Source: Parcubacteria group bacterium
Lineage (GTDB): Bacteria > Patescibacteriota > Minisyncoccia > SW-4-49-11
Length of the DNA: 64,000 bases
NCBI GenBank assembly: GCA_943354045.1
Contig: CALRBF010000001.1
Location: 259,860 to 323,859, forward strand
Direction: 5' to 3'
The notes below the pieces were generated by a model. It searched no databases. It was not told the origin of the DNA and saw only the letters and a list, made by a program, of their open reading frames with translations. Positions within the stretch are counted from its first letter, which is position 1. Every line of letters begins with the position of its first letter. The position numbers were made by a program, and so were the translations under genes. Of this stretch, positions 20,219 through 30,503 are shown one piece after another.

Positions 20219-20860
20219 ATGGATATCTTCTTTAGCTACCTTATGGACAATGGTGTGCCGCGTGAAACTATAGACATTCTTTTGATGTTTCCGATTATGG
20301 CAGGATTTATTGTAGCCGCCCGACAAATTGTGGGGATTAAAGCTTTTGGTATATATACACCGCTTATTATTACCTTTGCTTTAACAGAAATTGGCTTCAA
20401 ATATGGGGTAAGTATTTTTATTGTATCCCTGATTGTCGCTTCTATTGTCCGATATCTCCTTCGCAAAATTCGTATTCTGTATTTACCCAAAATGGCTTTG
20501 ATACTTTCTATTACTGCCTTATCTATGTTTTTGAGCCTGGTATGGGGAATATTCTCGGATAGCACCGTCTTTGTACAGGCTTCTATTTATCAGATTCTTA
20601 TTATTATTACTCTGGTAGAAAAATTCATCAATGCTCAAATGGAAAAAGGATATCGTACCGCCGTAACTCTCTCTGTAGAAACCTTAATTCTTGCATCTCT
20701 TGGAAATTTAATTATGACCACTACTCAGCTAAGAGACCTCGTTTTCTATAATCCTTGGATTATTTTAATTGTCTTTGCGGGAATTATATTCCTTGGACGC
20801 TATGAAGGACTCCGTATTTCTGAATATATCCGATTCCGTAAAATTATTAGCAATCAATAA
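20219..20860 (+). CDS. Seven-transmembrane protein of the RimK-like ligase cassette
   Basis: 213 aa with seven predicted hydrophobic helices; 4-nt gap to the next gene. Confidence 0.55.
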   Translation: MDIFFSYLMDNGVPRETIDILLMFPIMAGFIVAARQIVGIKAFGIYTPLIITFALTEIGFKYGVSIFIVSLIVASIVRYLLRKIRILYLPKMALILSITALSMFLSLVWGIFSDSTVFVQASIYQILIIITLVEKFINAQMEKGYRTAVTLSVETLILASLGNLIMTTTQLRDLVFYNPWIILIVFAGIIFLGRYEGLRISEYIRFRKIISNQ

Positions 20861-20863
20861 GCT

Positions 20864-22285
20864 ATGAATTGGCTAGAATCATTCGTATTTAGTCAAAAAA
20901 TACTCGGGATGAATGCCCGTAATCTTATCTTTATCAAGCCTTATAATTACCGTAAATGGGTGCGCCTAGTAGATAATAAAATTAAATTCAAAAAAGAATT
21001 ACAAAAACATAATATCCCCACCCCAAAACTCATCGCCACAGTTCGCTCTTATGAAAAACTTAATGAATTTGATTATAATAAACTTCCTAAAAGCTTTGTA
21101 TTAAAACCAACCTCTGGATTTGGAGGAGAAGGTATTGTGGTAATATTTGGAGAACATAAAAAAAGAACCGCCGATGGGGAGAGACAATGGGTCAAAACTA
21201 AAGGAGTAAAACTCAGTGAGACAATGATACATAATCATATGAGCAATATTCTTGATGGAACATATTCTCGTACCAATAGCCCCGATGTGGCCTTCTTTGA
21301 AGAGCGAATTAAACTCAACAAATCATTCAAACATCTTGCCTATAAAGGAATTCCTGATATTCGCGTAATTGTATTCAATCGCATTCCCGTAATGGCAATG
21401 ATACGAATTCCTACCAAAGAATCTGATGGTAAGGCTAATCTTCATCTTGGAGGAATTGGTATTGGTATTGATATGGCAACAGGAGTTACTACCAATGCTA
21501 TTATGAGAGAAAGATTCATAGATACCATTCCAGGGACGGAAATCAGTCTTTCTGGTATACGTATACCCTATTGGAATACAATTTTAGATATTGCGATTCG
21601 TACCGCTGATATTACCAGATTAGGATTTACAGGGATAGATATTGCTATTGACCGTGATGCAGGTCCTGTTGTATTAGAAGCGAATGCCCGACCGGGTCTC
21701 GCTATTCAAATTGCCAATCTCGCCCCCCTCAAAGAAAGATTACAAAAAGTCAAAGGGCTTAAAGTGAAAACGGTAAAAAGAGCTATTAGGCTCGCTAAAG
21801 ATTTGTTCGGAGGAGAAATTGAAGAAGAAATTGAGGAAATTACTGGGCGACAAGTGATTGGACTTATTGAGGAAATTACATTATTTGGAAAAGATGATAA
21901 AAAACAAACCATAGAAGCCAAGGTAGATACGGGGGCAGGAAAAACATCTATTGATGAAAAGCTAGCTATTGAACTAGGTTATGCTGAAGTTTTAGAGCAT
22001 ATGAAAAAATTTAACATCAAGCCCGTTCTGACTTTAGATGAAATCAATGAACTATCCAAAAACAAAGTCTGGCGACAAATTGAAGAACATCCCGATATAG
22101 TGGGTGTCTCTAAAGTAAAAAGTAGTCACGGCTATTCTTATAGACCAATAATTTATATCAAGCTTAAAGTAGGAGATGAGATTTTTGAAACTAAAGCCAA
22201 TATTATAGCTAGACAAGATTTAAAATATTCAATAATTTTAGGAGAAAACTCTCTCAAAAGATTTATTATTGATCCAAGGAAGTAA
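20864..22285 (+). CDS. RimK-related ATP-grasp amino-acid ligase fused to a C-terminal retropepsin-like (DUF785/COG4067-type) protease domain
   Basis: 'IPTPKLIA', 'VLKPTSGFGGEGIVVIFG', 'VLEANARPGLAIQ' ATP-grasp motifs; C-terminal 'KVDTGAGKTSID' D-T-G-A aspartyl motif. Confidence 0.7.
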   Translation: MNWLESFVFSQKILGMNARNLIFIKPYNYRKWVRLVDNKIKFKKELQKHNIPTPKLIATVRSYEKLNEFDYNKLPKSFVLKPTSGFGGEGIVVIFGEHKKRTADGERQWVKTKGVKLSETMIHNHMSNILDGTYSRTNSPDVAFFEERIKLNKSFKHLAYKGIPDIRVIVFNRIPVMAMIRIPTKESDGKANLHLGGIGIGIDMATGVTTNAIMRERFIDTIPGTEISLSGIRIPYWNTILDIAIRTADITRLGFTGIDIAIDRDAGPVVLEANARPGLAIQIANLAPLKERLQKVKGLKVKTVKRAIRLAKDLFGGEIEEEIEEITGRQVIGLIEEITLFGKDDKKQTIEAKVDTGAGKTSIDEKLAIELGYAEVLEHMKKFNIKPVLTLDEINELSKNKVWRQIEEHPDIVGVSKVKSSHGYSYRPIIYIKLKVGDEIFETKANIIARQDLKYSIILGENSLKRFIIDPRK

Positions 22286-22287
22286 AA

Positions 22288-23643
22288 TTATTGGGGTAAA
22301 ACTATATTTTCTCTAATCCAATCGACTACTTTTTGAGTACGTAAATCATCAATATATTCCCAGGATAATATTACTCTAACTACCCTTTCTCTATTACCTA
22401 ATTGGGTAAAATTCATTGGCATTTGCGATACTATAAACTCATTTTTATTTTTATGTTCAAATTCTAGTGAATTACTTTGTCTTAATATTTTATTTTCTAA
22501 AATATAATATAATCCGGGCTGGATACTTTGCTTTGGAAATACCTTCCCTTTCAACAAATTTTTATCTATAAAAAAAACCATTTGAGATATTGAAAAAGAG
22601 TCTCTGGTGACATATAACGTTTGAATATCCTTATAATCCAAGTTGTTTTCTCCTACAAATTCCTTTATATGCAAACTTAATGGAGAAGGAATATTAACTT
22701 GTGAGTAAAACATATCAATTATAGGAAAAGCTGCTGTAATTCTTGGATTACACTCAATGATTTTAATTTCTTGTTTTTCAGTAATAATGAAATCAATTCC
22801 AAATATACCTTTATATCTAAATTCTTTATTTAATACACTTCCTATAATCTGAATGTATTCTATGACCTTATCATATAATATATGTTTATTAGGTATGCTA
22901 TTACCCATAAATTTACCATTTATATCCGTATTAGAGGCTTCTCCTAAAACTAAATTTTTATCACCAATTATTTGATTATAGGGAGATGTCACAACTGTCC
23001 CATTACCATAATTAATACCTATTATTGCCATTGTCTTACCTTTTATATATTCTGTCACAATATACTTTTGATACCCTTCATCTTTAATTTTAGATAAAAT
23101 TGAATTATAATCTAATTCAGAGAAAATAAAATATGTTCCATTTCCCCCAGAAGTACAGTCCCCTTGTATTACAAATTCCTCAACCTCATAGTCTTTATAG
23201 TTTGTTTGTAATAACTGTTCCCTTGTTAAAACCTTAGTTTTCGGACAAAAAGTATATTGCTCAATTAACTTTCTAAAATTTACTTTATTTTCTAAATATT
23301 CTTGAGTTTCTAAGTCGTTATTTAAAATATTCAAATTATACTTCAATTTCAATTCTTGAGTTAGCTCAGACTGTTTCTGAAATAAGACTCTGTTATCTAC
23401 CTTTTTTAACATCTGCATCCAATCAGGATGATTTTCAACATTAGCTTGATTATATCTTATTAAATTTAATTCTTCATCTGAAAGGTGATTATCCAAATTA
23501 TAAAATATATCAGGATCTAAAAACTGATTATCAGCACCCCCTATTACAGAAAAAACATAGCAACTTTTATTTTTCATTGCATAATCATAAAATATATTTG
23601 GGCTTGAAGAAGCTAAAATAACATCATGATTAATATTTTTCAT
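22288..23643 (-). CDS. Second ATP-grasp superfamily protein
   Basis: 'CTSGGNGTYFIF' and 'IIECNPRITAAFP' resemble ATP-grasp B-loop and catalytic motifs; convergent with the RimK-like gene (2-nt gap). Confidence 0.5.
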   Translation of the reverse strand: MKNINHDVILASSSPNIFYDYAMKNKSCYVFSVIGGADNQFLDPDIFYNLDNHLSDEELNLIRYNQANVENHPDWMQMLKKVDNRVLFQKQSELTQELKLKYNLNILNNDLETQEYLENKVNFRKLIEQYTFCPKTKVLTREQLLQTNYKDYEVEEFVIQGDCTSGGNGTYFIFSELDYNSILSKIKDEGYQKYIVTEYIKGKTMAIIGINYGNGTVVTSPYNQIIGDKNLVLGEASNTDINGKFMGNSIPNKHILYDKVIEYIQIIGSVLNKEFRYKGIFGIDFIITEKQEIKIIECNPRITAAFPIIDMFYSQVNIPSPLSLHIKEFVGENNLDYKDIQTLYVTRDSFSISQMVFFIDKNLLKGKVFPKQSIQPGLYYILENKILRQSNSLEFEHKNKNEFIVSQMPMNFTQLGNRERVVRVILSWEYIDDLRTQKVVDWIRENIVLPQ

Positions 23644-23695
23644 ATAATATTAAATTTATGATAATATATAAAAATACTACTATATCTAAACTCAT

Positions 23696-25531
23696 ATGTC
23701 TATTGAAACCAATACAAAATCTATAGCAAATAATGAGCAAAAACCGACTCTTTATCCAGAAAGACCATCATATTCTGCTCAAATACTATTATATGAAATA
23801 GCTCAATATGAGTCGGGTGAAAGAGAGAAGGAAATACTTTCTGATGAGGAAAAACAAGATTTAATAGAATTTGAAAATCCTTTTGTAGACAGAATTGCAG
23901 AATATTATAAGTTAGCAACTGGTAAAAAAGTTTTATATCCAGAATATTTTGATACCCCAGAAGGTCAAGTAACTTTAAAAGCAATTCCTGAATTTGCATC
24001 CCTTGATGGAGATATTGATATTAGGGGGAATATTGCAATTTTGAGAGCATTAAAACCTAAAATCATAACAGATTTAGTAAAAATTAGTACGGATTGGAAT
24101 ACTAATACTATGGTAGAGACTTTATCTCAACATATTAATCCTGATACGGGAGAACTTGATATAGAGGGTATTGAAAACCCAGAAAAATTAACCTATATTC
24201 AATATCCTGCTAACTTAACGGCAAAAATTGAAGGGTTAGAAGCAATAAGGCAAGAATTAAAACAAAAGCGATCTGACTTATATGCAGAAGAGGCTTCTGA
24301 CACTACCGATATAAGTAAAGCTTTAATACATGCTAAAATATTTCGCGTACAAGCATTAATTAAAAGAATTAATGTCATCATTGCAGAAACTAAAGAACAA
24401 GAAACATTTTTACGGAGCGAAGAATCCCATATTCCGCATAAACCTCCCTATAAATTAGATAAATTTATATATGGAGTAAGTACACTTGATACTGATACGG
24501 GTAATTATAATCAGGTAGATAATCATTTATTAGCAATGGCTGATGATATTGCTGAATTAAATAAATCAATTAATCAAGAAAAGGCTCAAATTCTCTTAGA
24601 AAAAGGCCTAGACCAAGAAAAATTAGAAGAGAAGAATATTACTCCCGAGGAGGCAAAACAATATTTAGATCAAATTCTTGCAAGCTATGACCTCTTGAGT
24701 GAATATCCTGCCGATGCTGAGCAAGTAGCTAAAAATATAAAGCCTGCCGATAATAAGTGGAGATGCTATATTAGACCAGGGAAAAGCACTCTTGAAATCG
24801 ATAGTCAAAGTAAGACATTATTAATCCCCCCCCTAAATATAGATGTTCAAAAACTCATTACAAAGGCAGCTACTCATGAAATAATTCATATTCTTCAAAG
24901 AGAAAATACTGTTCAAATTGGTTTACCTCTTTATACACATCCTAGTCAAATTGCAGGAGATAGAGCTGAATTATTCCAAGAAGGTGGGGCTATGTATTAT
25001 CAAGATCAAATATCTCAAGAGTTATTTGGATATGAAAGCCCTCCTCAACCCAATTATCTTAGAGCCATGGCCACCAAACAATCTGGAGGTACTTATATAG
25101 ATTGTGTAAAAACATATTATGAAAGTATTCGCTCTCTACAATCACACTCAGTAAGTCAATCTGAGTTAAAAGAATTTATACAAAAAGCACTTAGTGGCTC
25201 AATAAGATTATTCAGGAATTCCTCTTTTGATAATACTGACACCCAAATTTCTAATACAAAAGATACCGTATATTTAGAACAGAAAGCTGTAATAGAAGCT
25301 ATTTTAAAGTATCCAGAACTTAAAAACATTATATTAGTATCTGGAATTAATCTCGAAACAGCAAAAGAAATGATTCATTTTGGGTTATTAGATTTGAGTA
25401 AGCTCAGAACACCAGATTTATCTTATGTCAAAGAGCTTTGGGAAGAATTACGTCCTGATTATACATTAGATCATGAACCCCAAGACCAAAATCCCTCACT
25501 CACCCCTCCCTCCGATCTCCCCCTAGTATAA
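23696..25531 (+). CDS. DUF1704 / QEGLA-motif (MATCAP-like) putative zinc metallopeptidase with a long N-terminal extension
   Basis: 'ATHEIIHILQRE' HExxH; 'AELFQEGGAMYYQ' QEGLA-like motif; divergent from the ATP-grasp gene. Confidence 0.6.
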   Translation: MSIETNTKSIANNEQKPTLYPERPSYSAQILLYEIAQYESGEREKEILSDEEKQDLIEFENPFVDRIAEYYKLATGKKVLYPEYFDTPEGQVTLKAIPEFASLDGDIDIRGNIAILRALKPKIITDLVKISTDWNTNTMVETLSQHINPDTGELDIEGIENPEKLTYIQYPANLTAKIEGLEAIRQELKQKRSDLYAEEASDTTDISKALIHAKIFRVQALIKRINVIIAETKEQETFLRSEESHIPHKPPYKLDKFIYGVSTLDTDTGNYNQVDNHLLAMADDIAELNKSINQEKAQILLEKGLDQEKLEEKNITPEEAKQYLDQILASYDLLSEYPADAEQVAKNIKPADNKWRCYIRPGKSTLEIDSQSKTLLIPPLNIDVQKLITKAATHEIIHILQRENTVQIGLPLYTHPSQIAGDRAELFQEGGAMYYQDQISQELFGYESPPQPNYLRAMATKQSGGTYIDCVKTYYESIRSLQSHSVSQSELKEFIQKALSGSIRLFRNSSFDNTDTQISNTKDTVYLEQKAVIEAILKYPELKNIILVSGINLETAKEMIHFGLLDLSKLRTPDLSYVKELWEELRPDYTLDHEPQDQNPSLTPPSDLPLV

Positions 25532-25582
25532 AATTGTCCCCTAAATATATTTATGCTATACTAATATCAACCTATATTTTAT

Positions 25583-25996
25583 ATGACAATCAAAATACAT
25601 ACAGATGGTGCTTCTCGTGGAAATCCAGGTCCTGCTTCTCTTGGAGTAGTGATTGAGTTACCAGATGGGAGTATTAAAACCCATCATCAAACTCTTGGTA
25701 TTGCGACTAATAATTATGCTGAGTATCAGGCTATTGTGGTGGCTCTCGAGAAAACAAAATCCCTTGTCGGTAAGGTGAATACCAAAAAATATGCGGTAGA
25801 GGTGTATTTGGACTCAGAGCTTGCCCAAAAGCAATTGACAGGTATTTATGAGCTTAAAGATGAAGCTATTCAAAAAGCTTTTATTCAAATTTGGAATTTG
25901 AGAATTAAATTCAAATCCGTTGATTTTATACATATTCGCCGAGAATTCAATAAACAAGCTGATGCTCTTGCCAATAAAGCTTTAGATGAAGTATAA
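25583..25996 (+). CDS. RNase H-like protein (small type-1 RNase HI family)
   Basis: 'IHTDGASRGNPGPASLGVVIE', 'NNYAEYQAIVVAL', 'DSELAQKQL' RNase H catalytic-residue context. Confidence 0.7.
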   Translation: MTIKIHTDGASRGNPGPASLGVVIELPDGSIKTHHQTLGIATNNYAEYQAIVVALEKTKSLVGKVNTKKYAVEVYLDSELAQKQLTGIYELKDEAIQKAFIQIWNLRIKFKSVDFIHIRREFNKQADALANKALDEV

Positions 25997-27452
25997 TATA
26001 TATAATATGAATAGAAACACACAAAAAATCTTTGCCCGATCACTTGTAATTCTCTTCTTTATCATAGCTCCGATACTGGTTTTATATGGTATGGGATATA
26101 GACTTAGTCGTGATAATAATGATTCTCCTATATTGACTTCTACTGGAGGAGTTAGAATAAACACCAAAATTGCCTATGAAATCACTATCAATGATAAATT
26201 AGAATCCAAAAGTCCGCTTTTAAAAGTTGGGCTTGCTCCTCAAGATTTAAATATTGTCTTATCACTACCAGGATATCAGTCATGGCCTAAAAAAGTATCT
26301 ATACAGCCCTCTTTTGTACAATTAATTAGTGATGTAACTCTTTTTCCTGAAAAGCCTGAATTAGAGAAATTTAGTGACTTATCCACAGCTCGTAATATAC
26401 AAAGAGTGCCTGATGCTTCTTCAATATTATATACGTCTTATAATCCCAAAGAATCCGGACTTTGGATTCTTAATCTTGATACCCAAATACGCAAGAGACT
26501 GACAGATAGTGTGGCTCTTGGAGGCCTAGATAATCAAGATTATTCTGATTTTGCTTGGGATAATACAGGGAATATTCTTAGCTTCAAAACCTCACTTAAT
26601 AATGTATTCCAATATTTTGTTATAACCAATATTGATACTACTCCAATTCTTACCAATTTTACAACTTTAATTCCAATTGCTGATACTGCAGCCAGTCCCG
26701 TTAAAATTGTTAATCTAGATGCTGATAAATTATTATTCATACAGGGAGGATCATTGTATGAACTTACTCAACAATTTAGTATTCGCTCTGATGCTCTTGT
26801 AGCTGATATAACACATAGTGATTTTGTAGATAATACTATTTATTATGCTTCTGATAAAGATACTAATGTGGATATTATTCGTATTTATACTCTTGATAGC
26901 AAAAAAAGTACCGCAGTTGACACACCCGACATTGGTATTGATAAGGTATTTGTCAGTCCTAATCAAGGTCATATTATTATATTAGATGACAAACAACATG
27001 CTTGGCTCAAATCACTGGGAGATAAAACCCCAGGATTTAACCAAATTTCCGATCTTGAAATTACAGATATACAATTTAGCCTAGATTCTAAAAAAACCCT
27101 TCTCAAGGGTAAAAATAGCCTTTCCATACTATATCTTGATACCATTGAAGGGTACAAATCTCGTATAGAGGGAGATTTTGATACATTATATACAAGTGAG
27201 AATACGATCACTAAAGCTGAGTTATGGGAACCAAATTCAGAATATGTCTTATTTATTGAAAATAATACTCTGAAAGTGGTAGAATCTGATACCAGAGGTT
27301 TGGTTAACTCTTATACCTTACTAGATAATGTAATTAATACAGCTAGCATCAAATTACGTAATGATGCTAAGACAATTATAACTAATACTGATAATATTAT
27401 TCAATATTTTAGCTTCCCTATTCGCACTCCTCTTATTAATCTCAATAATTAA
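25986..27452 (+). CDS. Hypothetical membrane-anchored protein (possible PEGA-like domain plus beta-rich region)
   Basis: N-terminal TM 'LVILFFIIAPILVLYGMGY'; 11-nt overlap with the upstream gene. Confidence 0.45.
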   Translation: MKYNIYNMNRNTQKIFARSLVILFFIIAPILVLYGMGYRLSRDNNDSPILTSTGGVRINTKIAYEITINDKLESKSPLLKVGLAPQDLNIVLSLPGYQSWPKKVSIQPSFVQLISDVTLFPEKPELEKFSDLSTARNIQRVPDASSILYTSYNPKESGLWILNLDTQIRKRLTDSVALGGLDNQDYSDFAWDNTGNILSFKTSLNNVFQYFVITNIDTTPILTNFTTLIPIADTAASPVKIVNLDADKLLFIQGGSLYELTQQFSIRSDALVADITHSDFVDNTIYYASDKDTNVDIIRIYTLDSKKSTAVDTPDIGIDKVFVSPNQGHIIILDDKQHAWLKSLGDKTPGFNQISDLEITDIQFSLDSKKTLLKGKNSLSILYLDTIEGYKSRIEGDFDTLYTSENTITKAELWEPNSEYVLFIENNTLKVVESDTRGLVNSYTLLDNVINTASIKLRNDAKTIITNTDNIIQYFSFPIRTPLINLNN

Positions 27453-27490
27453 TATATATCCCCTAAGCTAACCCTATTGTAAACAAATTG

Positions 27491-27680
27491 TGTAGGGGCA
27501 ATATTGTAGCTGCTAGTACTATTATTGTCCTCCCTTAGGGGAGCTTTAAGTCCCTCCTATATTTATTTAGGAGGTGGGTGGGTGTTAGGCCGGAGGAGGA
27601 TAGATTTTAAGCTTGTATTTTATCCTCCCCAAAGTACTACATAATACAGGCGACTATAAGTTCGCCCCTACGAAGTGAAG
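27491..27680. repeat. Mosaic palindromic repeat (m1 fragment + m2 + m3)
   Basis: 'attattgtcctccc', 'ggagctttaagtccctcctatatttatttaggagg', 'ggcgactataagttcgcccctacgaag'. Confidence 0.7.
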
Positions 27681-27711
27681 AATACATACATATGAGAAAT
27701 TTTCTTATATC

Positions 27712-27740
27712 AAAAAAAGAGGATAATATCCTCTTTTTTG
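27712..27740. terminator. Bidirectional rho-independent terminator ending the r-protein operon
   Basis: 'aaaaaaagaggat aat atcctctttttt' perfect hairpin flanked by A and T runs. Confidence 0.7.
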
Positions 27741-27746
27741 AATGCT

Positions 27747-28163
27747 TTATCGTTTTGCCCATTGTGGGGATTTACGAGCTTTTTTAAGTCCTGGTTTCTT
27801 TCGTTCTTTTCCTCTTGGATCTCGAGTAAGATAATTATTATCTTTGAGCTGTTTTTTTAGACTTTCATCATATTTGACTAAAGCTCTTGCAATACCAAGC
27901 TGTATAGCATCAGCTTGTCCGGTAATTCCACCTCCTGATACTTTTACGGTAATATCAAAGTTCTCTACTCCAAGCACAGATAATGGCTTGATGATATTAG
28001 TATGTTGCTCAACTAAATCAAAGTATTCAGTTATAGCTTTATCATTTACTACAAAACTATGTTCTTTTTTTCGTGATAAAGTAATTCGAACTCTTGCAGT
28101 TGCAGATTTTCGTCGTCCTACTCCTTCATAATAATGACTTGCTGTAGTCTTAGTGATTGCCAT
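27747..28163 (-). CDS. rpsI: 30S ribosomal protein S9
   Basis: 'GRRKSATARV', C-terminal 'KKARKSPQWAKR'. Confidence 0.92.
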   Translation of the reverse strand: MAITKTTASHYYEGVGRRKSATARVRITLSRKKEHSFVVNDKAITEYFDLVEQHTNIIKPLSVLGVENFDITVKVSGGGITGQADAIQLGIARALVKYDESLKKQLKDNNYLTRDPRGKERKKPGLKKARKSPQWAKR

Positions 28164-28165
28164 AC

Positions 28166-28531
28166 TTATTTCGTTATATCATTCTTATGTAATACTAATC
28201 GAGTTAACATCTTAGCTCTTAGTCGATTTTTTGGAAGCATACCATATACTGCTTTTCTCAAAACTTCAGTAGAATCTTTAGCCATTTGCTTTTCTGCAGT
28301 AATTGACTTAATTCCTCCAGGATATCCTGTATGCCTATAATAGGTTTTGGAAGCAATTTTATTTGGGTGAATAGAAAGTTTATTCGTATTATATACAATA
28401 ACTTTTGCTCCCCCATCAATATGATATTCAAATTGTGCTGAATTTTTTCCTATCAAAAGACTAGAGATTTCAGTAGCAAGAGCTCCTAGTCGTTTATTCT
28501 TAGCATCAATGGTAATAATTTCTCTTTGCAT
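28166..28531 (-). CDS. rplM: 50S ribosomal protein L13
   Basis: Conserved L13 sequence; rplM-rpsI order. Confidence 0.92.
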   Translation of the reverse strand: MQREIITIDAKNKRLGALATEISSLLIGKNSAQFEYHIDGGAKVIVYNTNKLSIHPNKIASKTYYRHTGYPGGIKSITAEKQMAKDSTEVLRKAVYGMLPKNRLRAKMLTRLVLHKNDITK

Positions 28532-28537
28532 ATAAAC

Positions 28538-28888
28538 TTATTTAACTAATTCAATTACCGCCATTTTACTCACATCACTTACCCTAATAGGAGCTTTGAT
28601 AATACGAGTATATCCTCCCACTCTTTCTGTATAAGTAGGTGCAATATCTTCAAATAATTTATGAGTTGCACCCTTGGTCAAAAATCTTAATACATAGCGG
28701 CGAGATGCGATAGATCCTTTTTTACTATGAGTTACCATTCTTTCTACAAATGGTTGTAAAGCTTTAGCTTTAGCTTCTGTGGTAGTGATAGAACCACGAA
28801 TAATCAAATCATTAGCAAGACTTCGCAAAAGTGCTTTTCTTTGCTCTCGATTTCGCCCTATTTTATGTAACTTATTTCCCTTATTCAT
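28538..28888 (-). CDS. rplQ: 50S ribosomal protein L17
   Basis: 'HKIGRNREQRKALLRSLANDLII'. Confidence 0.92.
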   Translation of the reverse strand: MNKGNKLHKIGRNREQRKALLRSLANDLIIRGSITTTEAKAKALQPFVERMVTHSKKGSIASRRYVLRFLTKGATHKLFEDIAPTYTERVGGYTRIIKAPIRVSDVSKMAVIELVK

Positions 28889-28936
28889 AGTCTTGTGATC
28901 CTGTTAATGCACTCAATTGTACCTTATTTATCGCTT

Positions 28937-29869
28937 TTATGCAAGAGTTATATCATGCGCAGCTATTTGGTCTATTAATTTCTTAATAGAAGCCGCTGAT
29001 AATCCCTTGATCTCTAATAAATCAGCTTTAGTAAATTGTGCTAATTGAGCAATATTTTTGATACCTGCTGACTCTAAAGCCTTAATAGTTTTTTGTGAAA
29101 TATCAAGAGTTTCAATTTTGATACTTGAAGTTTCGATTTCTGAAGATTCTTGTACCTCTTCCTTTTGGGTTGAAGTAGGGGCAATATCTCCACTGAGAGC
29201 TGAGAACTGTTCTACTAAAATAGCTGCTGATTTGGTAATTACATCTACAGGAGCAATAGTTCCATCAGTAGTAATATGGAATACAATTCTATTATAATTA
29301 GTTTTATCTCCAACTCGAGTATCTTCTACATCATAAGAAACTCTCACAACTGGGGTAAAAATAGAGTCAACAGCAATAAGCCCGACCTCTGCTTGTCCCT
29401 CTTGTTCTGCTTCTTTTCTAAATCCAACACCTTTTTCAATCACTAGCTCAATTTCTACCTTTGCGTCCTTATCAGTAAGAGTAAGTATAGGAGTTTCTGG
29501 ATTAACAATAGTTACTCCTCCTGGAAGTTTAATATCTTTTCCTGTCACAAGTTTAGATCCTTGAGCCTTAATAGTAAGAAGTGTAGGAGAGTCAATTACT
29601 GCATTGAATCGTAATGCCTTGATATTAAGAGTAATATCAATTACATCTTCTAAAACATGTGGGATAGTACTAAATTCATGACTTACTCCTTTAATACTAT
29701 AATGAGTAACTGCAACTCCTTCAAGAGAAGATAACATAACTCTTCGAAGAGAATTGGCAATAGTTACTCCATATCCTGGATTAAGAGGTTCAATAGCATA
29801 ACTTGCTTGAAAAGCATTTACTTCTTTTACGAGTACTGGTGATTTAGGAAGAATGATATGATTAGGCAT
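28937..29869 (-). CDS. rpoA: DNA-directed RNA polymerase alpha subunit
   Basis: N-terminal dimerisation domain plus C-terminal domain 'LEIKGLSAASIKKL'. Confidence 0.92.
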   Translation of the reverse strand: MPNHIILPKSPVLVKEVNAFQASYAIEPLNPGYGVTIANSLRRVMLSSLEGVAVTHYSIKGVSHEFSTIPHVLEDVIDITLNIKALRFNAVIDSPTLLTIKAQGSKLVTGKDIKLPGGVTIVNPETPILTLTDKDAKVEIELVIEKGVGFRKEAEQEGQAEVGLIAVDSIFTPVVRVSYDVEDTRVGDKTNYNRIVFHITTDGTIAPVDVITKSAAILVEQFSALSGDIAPTSTQKEEVQESSEIETSSIKIETLDISQKTIKALESAGIKNIAQLAQFTKADLLEIKGLSAASIKKLIDQIAAHDITLA

Positions 29870-29887
29870 AATTGTATTGGATTATTA

Positions 29888-30487
29888 TTATCGGGAATAA
29901 TACTGAATCACGAGGGCAATGTCGAAGTTCTGACTGAGCTCCTCCACTCCTGGAGTATGAGCAATTTCTACTTTATGTGCTTTCTTATCTAAAGTAAGCC
30001 AAGTTGGTAGTTCAGAATCTTTGAGTTTTTCTCGATATTCAGCAACAAGTTTTGATTTAGTTGCTGAGTAAGTAACAATATCTCCGGGCTTTACGATAAA
30101 ACTCGCAATAGTAACTTTTTTACCATTCACTAAAATATGTCCATGTAAAATCATTTGTCGAGCTTGTTCTCTGGTAGCAGCCATATGTGAGCGATATACT
30201 ACATTATCAAGTCTACTCTCCAAAATACGAAGTAAGGCAGTAGGAGTAGGTTCGGAATCAGCCAAAGCTTTTTCATAAAATCGTCGGAATTGCTTTTCAC
30301 GAAGTCCATATACATATTTCACTTTTTGCTTTTCTTGAAGCTGTTTTCCGAATTCAGAAACAGATCGACGTCGCTTAGCTCCATGTACTCCGGGAGCTTT
30401 AGCTAAACGCTCATCACTAATCTTAACCTCAGGGAAGATTTTTTCTCCAAATTTTCTACAAATTTTAACTTTCTTACGACTATACAT
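29888..30487 (-). CDS. rpsD: 30S ribosomal protein S4
   Basis: 'MYSRKKVKICRKFGE' plus S4 domain. Confidence 0.92.
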   Translation of the reverse strand: MYSRKKVKICRKFGEKIFPEVKISDERLAKAPGVHGAKRRRSVSEFGKQLQEKQKVKYVYGLREKQFRRFYEKALADSEPTPTALLRILESRLDNVVYRSHMAATREQARQMILHGHILVNGKKVTIASFIVKPGDIVTYSATKSKLVAEYREKLKDSELPTWLTLDKKAHKVEIAHTPGVEELSQNFDIALVIQYYSR

Positions 30488-30503
30488 ATACTCTTATACT
30501 CAA

